Position numbers and translations under genes: made by a program
Shown: in pieces, positions 20,336 through 27,251 of the stretch
Numbering within the stretch: position 1 is the stretch's first letter
How the letters are laid out: every line of letters begins with the position of its first letter
Source of the DNA: Catajapyx aquilonaris
Taxonomy: Eukaryota
Reading direction: 5' to 3'
Length of the DNA stretch: 27,251 nt
Assembly (NCBI GenBank): GCA_000934665.2
Contig: KZ538268.1
Coordinates: 62,001-89,251, forward strand
Notes under the pieces: generated by a model
What the model was told of the DNA's origin: nothing
Seen by the model: only the letters and a program-made list of their open reading frames with translations
Databases searched by the model: none

Positions 20336-22589
20336 CCCCCATCGGCGCCTGCGTCACGGGGCGTCTGTGGCGTCGATGGCAGAGGACGACGGGCCGGTGC
20401 AGCCTCTCCTTCTCCCTCCTCCTCCCCCCCTTCAACCCGCCGCCTCCACCTTCTCTTGATCCTCTTCCCGGACCATCCCGCATCCATCTATCCCTAGTTC
20501 CACCTAGTCCTATCTAGGTTATCTCCCAGAATCCACAGTGCTCCAATTGGGATTTACCACAGAAGGAAAAACCTCCGCTACCATCCAATAGCTCAGGTAA
20601 TTTTACCTCTAGTTCACCTGCCTTATACTGAATCACGTGCATATTACTGCACACTTAAAAGAGCAGATTATTCCCCCCCCCCCCTAACCCGCCCCTTCTA
20701 AAACCTCAACTTTCCCCCAAACTTAAACCACAACAATCGGATCTTAATTTAAAAATGCAACCTCCTATCTGATGTGGTCAGATATCTTTTTATCGGAAGA
20801 GCAACCGGTGTTCTTTGAAGCTTTATCGCTTAATCATAGCAGTTTATCGCCTGATAATAGTTGGAGGGTAGAGATTAGTTTGCTTTTTCCTCATCTCGCT
20901 CCATCTGTTCGCGTGTATCGATCAGTTGCTTGGCATGCAGCCTCTCAAACGTCTTCCCAGGCTTTTAGGGGTCCAGGGAGTAGGACTAGTAAGGGGGCAG
21001 GGGAGGGGGGAGGAAGAGAAGATTTCAACCTTTGCACTACTTTAAGCTGAGACACTTGAGCTGGTTGATTGTTGTAAGGGGGTGGGTTCTCCAAGTGGCG
21101 TTTGTTGTGTGCACTTCGGTCAACCGGGAGGGATTGTGTTATGACGGACCATTTCGCGTTGGTATGGAATCGATAACGCAATAATTATACGTTGTACGAT
21201 GCTATTTTATGCTTTAAATCAATACATGTCCATTAGAGCGTGCGTCTCCAAGGACCAAGGACGCTGACAAACGCAATTTTCTCTGCAGGAAGGTTTACTT
21301 CCGCTTCCCGTTCAAATTAAAAGTGACAAATAGAGGGTTAAACATTTATACAAGGGGAGGCTATCTATTTATTTATGGTGTTTAATTCTGCAGGAAAACA
21401 ACAGGTGATTCTACATCTTTTGGGGGGGGGGGGTTTCAAGTAATTCGACCGTGGTTTTAAACCACTCGTTTCTTTGAATTAATTTTTAAGGATGCAAAAA
21501 GCCGCATAGCAGACACTGCTCCTGCAAGGACAATTAAGCAGTAGAGCACCAAACTTCAAAAGGAATATTACACTTGCCATACAATGTAGCCAAGAATAAA
21601 TGTTCACTGCTGCAGTACAGTGATGGCCGCTACAAAAGGGTGCATGGTTAGGATTACACAATTTAATTAGCACTATTGATATTTTGTGGCATCGACTGCA
21701 GGCTACCTGCCTGTCAAGTACTGTAATAAGCTCGGTGTTCCATTAATTCTTTAACTGAATTCAGGATTTGTTGTTAGAAATTAAGTTCAATCATCGAAGC
21801 TTATTGTTGTCATTCTTTGGTGCAGTTTGGTGACACGCTAAAATTATGTCCTTGTCCATGATTACATATTTTTACAAAGGTTTTAGGGTACTAATTTTGC
21901 AAATAGAGAGAATCTGCATGAAAGATGCGGATTTATGCCATGACAGTGAACCTCAATGTGGACGATTAGGTCTTCTCAATATGTAAATTTAAGCGGATCA
22001 AGTTAAAGGTGAGAATTATTTTACGTCCGTCTGCTATTTTGACAGCTATTTTTGCATTTCTAGTGGCTACGGACCTATAATTGTTCCGATTAAGTAATAA
22101 TTTCATATCCTATGATTATTCAACATTTGATGTGATTTTATTCACACTGCATTGCTTTATTAACCTATCCAAAATATCATGCACCTACAGAATTGTCAGT
22201 GTAAATATATCCTTAGTGAAACGATCAGTAGTTAGGTGAGACACTCTATTTCGGACTCCATAAACTCCATGAATATTACATAATGCAGTGTCTTCGAGCC
22301 AATAGTAATTTACCTGACGTCACATTCCGAGCAAAACAAAAGCTGTTGTCAAAATACAGTGCAACAGCTGGACTCTTTAGAGATGGACGCTATACAGTGC
22401 AGTGTAAAAATAGACATACCTTAATTCAATATTTTAAGCTGTATGGTGTCAAGATGAGAATTAAATACACCCTGTCTCTCTAGTAATTCCATCCTAAGAG
22501 GAAGAGATTAGGTTTTGCTTTCGTTTTTATTATAAACCTGCCTTTTACAGTCTGCTGGTGTAACCCAGCTTGTGCTGCATTTACATAAA

Positions 22590-23880
22590 TCACCCATCAT
22601 TTTTTATAACGAATCGGTTAACTTTGTAAGTACCTTTCTCCGTTCTAAGAAGTGATAATGGTAGCTCAATTTCTCCTCACTGCATGAGTAGATTATGCCA
22701 TTTTGTTCTACTACAACATAGATTTAATATGTATGCGAAATGTTGTAATGTAATTGCGTAATTATCATTCACTAGAAACAATGAAGCATGTGCACTGGTG
22801 AAAACAAGAGCACGCGAGTTACCTTGTTACGATAATGTCAATAATTCCTAACTGGGTCAGTTGCGCTCGTCTGTAATTGAAAGTAGAGCGACCGACCTCC
22901 CACCTATTCAATTTCAGTTCAATTTAATTCCCTGTGTTTTGTGCACGTCGTGCAGCTGACTAGAATCAAATCACGCCATTGGAAAAAGTTCCTCTGATTG
23001 CTCCCATCCAATATTGTCACTCGACTTTGTCCTCGGCGTATAAAGTATCTGGAGAGTTATAGACTCGAATATAGACCCTGCTGCAGCCAGGGAAAAAATG
23101 CGCTTCATTTCCTAGGTGTAAGCTTAGATCATTAAAAAGAACGGAAATTGGGAGATGCCGAGAACCTTGTGTAACTGCAACCTTCCATTGATTCACTTGA
23201 GTCTTATTGCTATTAACATGCAAGAAAAATGAACAGTGCGCTGATTCGCACACCTTGTGTTTATACAGGATATTTGAGTTTAATGAGTTTACTCTTCCGA
23301 AACGCGATACTAATAGATTCTACAACCTGTAGGCGTATAATTAGCAGCAGCCACTTGAGTATAACCCCAAATCACTCTAAGGTGCCTGCATGCCCGAATT
23401 GTATTGGTAAAAAAATAATTGCCTATAGCAGCTATAAATGCACTCTTTCCGTTTAAGTTGAATCGTTTAATCCTTTGTGTATGAAGCTATTGCCCCATAA
23501 ATAACTCCACGGGCAGTGCTTAACTGAGCTTCATAAAACTGGTCATAGCCTAAACTAATCAGTGACATTACGCCATTGAAAATCCCAATCAGCAGTGATC
23601 AAAATAGTCGCCATACGCCTATAGAGCAGATTGTCCGCCACATCATCCATTCGGTTTGAAATATTTTGTGTATTGTACATCAGAGTTCGAGGACTTTAAA
23701 CACTGTTTGAGGTCATGCGGAAGTTACCGCTGTAACTAATCACGAAGGGGATTGCAAGTTGCCGGATGATAAGAATTTATTCATAAGTCCGCAGTTCTGA
23801 AATTTTATTGCCGCATTTCAAAAGAAAGTGGTACACTGTTTTGGAGTTAAATATTTAAATAGCATTTCCCACAAAATTCA
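22590..23880 (-). mobile_element. Heavily decayed non-LTR retrotransposon (LINE) reverse-transcriptase remnant
   Basis: Ordered RT-like motifs on the minus strand across broken frames: EMLFKY (~23860), ISNRMDDVADNLL (~23650), GF..GRNVTD-like (~23575), VTQGSRHLPISVLFND (cf. GVxQGxxLSPxLFN, ~23150), TLYAEDKV (cf. YADD, ~23035) and QSEEL. Confidence 0.5.
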
Positions 23881-25202
23881 ACCGAATTCAACCACCTCAC
23901 ATAAACATTTTGTCGATCGAAGCATATCTCTAACCATGGTAATGTATCTTATTATAGGCTATAGGGTCAGATCGGAGTCAAACCTATTCCTTCACATATT
24001 GGCCAATCTTGTGTTCTCACCAGACAAAACTTTTCTGGAGATGGCGGGACAAGTGAAGATCGTTCGGCTCAAGGTCTCCGAGGTACGGAATAATTGGAAA
24101 GGCTCATAAGGAGTTCCAGTTAAATTCTTTAAGAGGAACATGCAGGACAATGGCTGGTTGACTGCTATACGGGCAGTCCATATTATATGCGAGCATTACT
24201 TAAAGTCTGGGAGCAGTTAGGGCATCTTTGATCACTTCAGATATTTCACCTCATAATTTTCACTAATTTCGCCACCTCCAGATATATTTGGGCAAGCCTA
24301 TGGAGTGTTCCACAGAGACCACTGGATCGGCTTGGCGGCGAAAGTGCTCGACGTAAGCTGCTAAAATCCCATTTGGAAAAGTACCTTATTCGAAAGGCTT
24401 GGTATATTTGCATGCAATGGCAGCTCAGTAAAGACAGGAGCCATTATGTAGCTGCAGTATGTTGATTTTTTGGTGGTGGGGAGGGAGGTGCTCTGTAAAA
24501 AATCTTAGGGCCAAATAGCACAAACTTTTGGAATAGTATACGTATTGCAGTCAGGGAGAATGAAAGGGCAAAAGACCACGCTCCTTAACTTTATAACAGG
24601 CAAAAAATATGTGTTACTCTGAATAGATGGAATTGGTTGTTTTACAACATTTTCCACTCAGCATTATCCAACCTACACCTATACATCTTTAATGAATCCT
24701 AAGTTCAGTATATTCTGAAAATGATAGACATATTTAAGTTGCCTGATTTGAGCTCACTCTTTTCTGAATATACTTCCTTTCTTAAAGTCGCTGTCTGCAG
24801 GTGGTGCAATGGGAATTGAGACATAACCATATTGTACCCCATCAGGGGCAACGCATTTACCAATATCTGTTTAGGAAAAAAGGGCCTTTACGCTTCATGA
24901 TTTCTCATGGTTCCGTTGAAAAGCCGACAGCATAATATATCGTATCCTCCTGAGATCCGAGAAAAAGTTAGTAACACAATGTCAGTTCCTGTAATACAAT
25001 TAAAGTGCATTTCCTTGTGGGCGTATAGGTACAGGCAGACTGTACAGAAAAGTTACATCCCATTCGGCGAAAATTATTATTATTCGAATATGTCGACACC
25101 AGGTCTCTGTGTTTGACCCATTACAAACCCACGTGTTGATGCGGCTTGTCGAAACATGCAAAAAGCTACAGGGTGTGCATCCTTATACTCAGGTGGGAGA
25201 AC

Positions 25203-25295
25203 ATGGCGTCGGCGACGGCGGCAGAGCGTCGTCGTCGTCGGCGACGGACATCCCCGGAGCAGAGGCACCACCACCACCACCATCATCGGCAATAA
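25203..25295 (+). other. Upstream ORF (30 aa, poly-Arg/poly-His)
   Basis: aacATGG start, [30 protein letters not shown], beginning 10 nt after the acceptor-like ccttatactcag| (25192) and ending 28 nt before the main ATG. Confidence 0.45.
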
Positions 25296-25323
25296 TAATA
25301 CTATTATCTAGTCGAGGGTCAGG

Positions 25324-26577
25324 ATGGAGGCGGTGGGCGGCGCCAACAACAGCAGCACGTCGCTGGAGACGATGGTCACCGGCGACGTGACGGCCACGGA
25401 AGCAGGCGTCGAAGGTCAGACCGACGATGGGAGCGAGGGCATGACCTCCACGTCGTTGCTGCTGCTCTCCTTCGGCGCCACGGTGGTTCCCTTGGCCTGC
25501 GCCGCCGCCGCCTTCCTGGTCATTCGACGCTGTTGGACCAAGTTTCGGCAGGGCTACAGGGGCGACCTTCAGCGGCGGAGTAGCAGTGGACAGCAGGCCC
25601 CGGGACCAACGTCGGGGACGTCGCAAACCTCACCTTCCGAGACACCCAATCTCAGACTGGTCGACGATGGCGGAGGAGGACCCATCTCTCCCAGGTACAC
25701 GACACGCAGCATCACGCAGCTGTGGCTTATAAGTAACAACGATCTTCCTTTCCCCCAAGCACGGTGGACGTTGTGCCGACACTGTCGGCCAGCGTGGGAA
25801 CGACGAGCGTCTCCAAAGTTGGTATGGGCCATCAAATGGTGGCCAATCACAACAGCAGCTGTAAAAGAGGACCAGACGGCTCCCTTATTACACTGACCCT
25901 AGAAAATAATCACCTAATAGTCGAGACCGAAGAACCGAACCCTATCCTGTACGCGGACGCCGACGTCAGCGACGTTCCTGACGTGGCCACTTCTTCCGAG
26001 CTCCTTCAGTCATCAGAAGGAGGAGACTCTCATTCTCCACAAGGCAACGATGCTGCAGAGTAAGTCATCTTTCTCATGACTTTGTATAGGGGACGTATAG
26101 GAAGTGACCTTTGGTGACCTGTTTCAGAAGTGGAGGCGAGCGAGACGACGGACAATCTGAACGGGTCAGCACCATAGCGAGGTGCAATACTGGACTGTCA
26201 CAGTCGGACGCCAGCTTATGTTCAACCGAAGGCACCTCTTCCAACCCCAGCTACCAGTACGGCAACCAGCTGGGTTACCTCTCCGGATATTTCGGGTACC
26301 CGCATCAGCTGGGATACGCGCCTTGGATCAGCGGCTACCCGGCCCCGGGGCCGCCCTCTCAACAGGTCCAGGGTCCCCCGCTTCCAACCCTCCCTTCCTT
26401 CACTCCTCAACATCCTCTCCCGGTGCCCATGCTGGCCACCACTCCCACAGAACCATGCCAAACCAGCCCTCCTCCAGACACGCAACCCGCTGGGGGTTCC
26501 AACCCGAATAATGAAAGTGGAGAATCCAATCCGGTGCCCAGTGCGTTGTACGTCCCGGGGCACTCCAGGACCACCAG
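25324..26577 (+). CDS. Uncharacterized single-pass (type III-like) membrane protein; 3' end uncertain
   Basis: Exons 25324-25694 (N-glycosylation sequons NNS/NSS, TM LLLLSFGATVVPLACAAAAFLVI followed by RR), 25760-26059 (KRGPDGSLITLTLENNHLIVETEE) and 26128-26577 (NTGLSQSD..., SYQYGNQLGY, Pro-rich). All junctions are GT-AG phase 2. In-frame TAG at 25309 upstream of the ATG. The end is either a terminal exon such as 27052-27067 (..RVFQV*) or read-on to 26809. Confidence 0.7.
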
Positions 26578-27153
26578 GTCAGACTATTTTCTGCTTTATC
26601 GTATTCTCAAGTACACTACAGTCGGAGTCAGCAATAGTTGTACTATGAACCGCACAAAGAATGTCCGCAAGATTCTTCGTTCATCCTGGCGGCCAAGCAA
26701 TCCATTGCACAGGTGTGTACACACACACGTGTGTGTACGTCCGTGCTTATCTGCTGGTTTTTTTTCCTCCTCCCTTATCTACCCTTCTCGAGCTTATCTG
26801 TCTTTGTAACCGAGCTATCTCAAAAGTGCAAGGCAATGTGTGTCCAGAAATTAAAGTATATGATATTATGCATAAAAAAATGCTATTTATTTTGCTGCTA
26901 CTGGTAGATTATACTGATTTATTCCGATCACATGCCCGTGTTAAGTTCAGAGCAGATAATTATGTGCCTGTGGATCAGACCAAACTGACTGTCAGTATTC
27001 ATAAACATATCTAAAGCGAAGAAAATGATATTTAAAGCCAATCATATTCAGGGTGTTCCAAGTGTGAAGGATGCCGTTTAATAGGGAATGTCGCTGGAAA
27101 CTATCTTGTATCTGTGTATCTTGCGTCCTGATCCAGACGGGTTCAAGCGGAAT

Positions 27154-27154
<1 letters not shown>

Positions 27155-27196
<42 letters not shown>
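27155..27196 (+). repeat. (AAT)n microsatellite
   Basis: Directly visible. Confidence 0.9.
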
Positions 27197-27198
<2 letters not shown>

Positions 27199-27251
27199 CG
27201 AAAGGGGAAATTCAAAACAACACATATATCTAAATTTGTCAAATATGCATA

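Noticed and set aside
20033..20517. Cluster of overlapping Pro/Gly-rich ORFs
   Set aside because: Low-complexity GC-rich sequence depleted of stops in all frames, with no protein-like signal. More likely 5'UTR.
24385..24410. DxxKAFDKV-like RT motif on the minus strand
   Set aside because: It needs several indels and is out of order relative to the RT remnant at 22.6-23.9 kb, so it was not counted.
26713..26738. Small hairpin ACACACAC|GTGTGTGT
   Set aside because: Juxtaposed (AC)n/(GT)n dinucleotide runs; low information.

Overview
Eukaryotic, intron-rich genomic DNA, most likely from an arthropod (insect-type SINE, many 50-80 nt introns). Left to right: CLP1 on the minus strand (4 coding exons visible, last exon(s) off the left edge) and, head-to-head with it, ARL6IP6 (+). 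Next come tRNA-Thr(CGT), tRNA-Thr(TGT) and tRNA-Lys(TTT). A hand-spliced ~1000-aa Mab-21/cGAS-like-fold protein gene (+) follows; it has a degenerate nucleotidyltransferase active site, a probable N-myristoylated first exon, a ~470-aa unassigned C-terminal extension and a C-terminal -TRL motif. Then a METTL27/WBSCR27-like SAM methyltransferase (+) and an unidentified single-pass membrane protein gene (+) preceded by a poly-Arg/poly-His uORF. Two introns (CLP1, METTL27) close in frame only with GC-AG splicing. Non-coding DNA holds two tRNA-derived SINE copies with TSDs, several MITEs (one nested in another), three near-perfect palindromes, a decayed LINE RT remnant and microsatellites. All gene models were built by eye from splice consensus and frame continuity; no searches were run.
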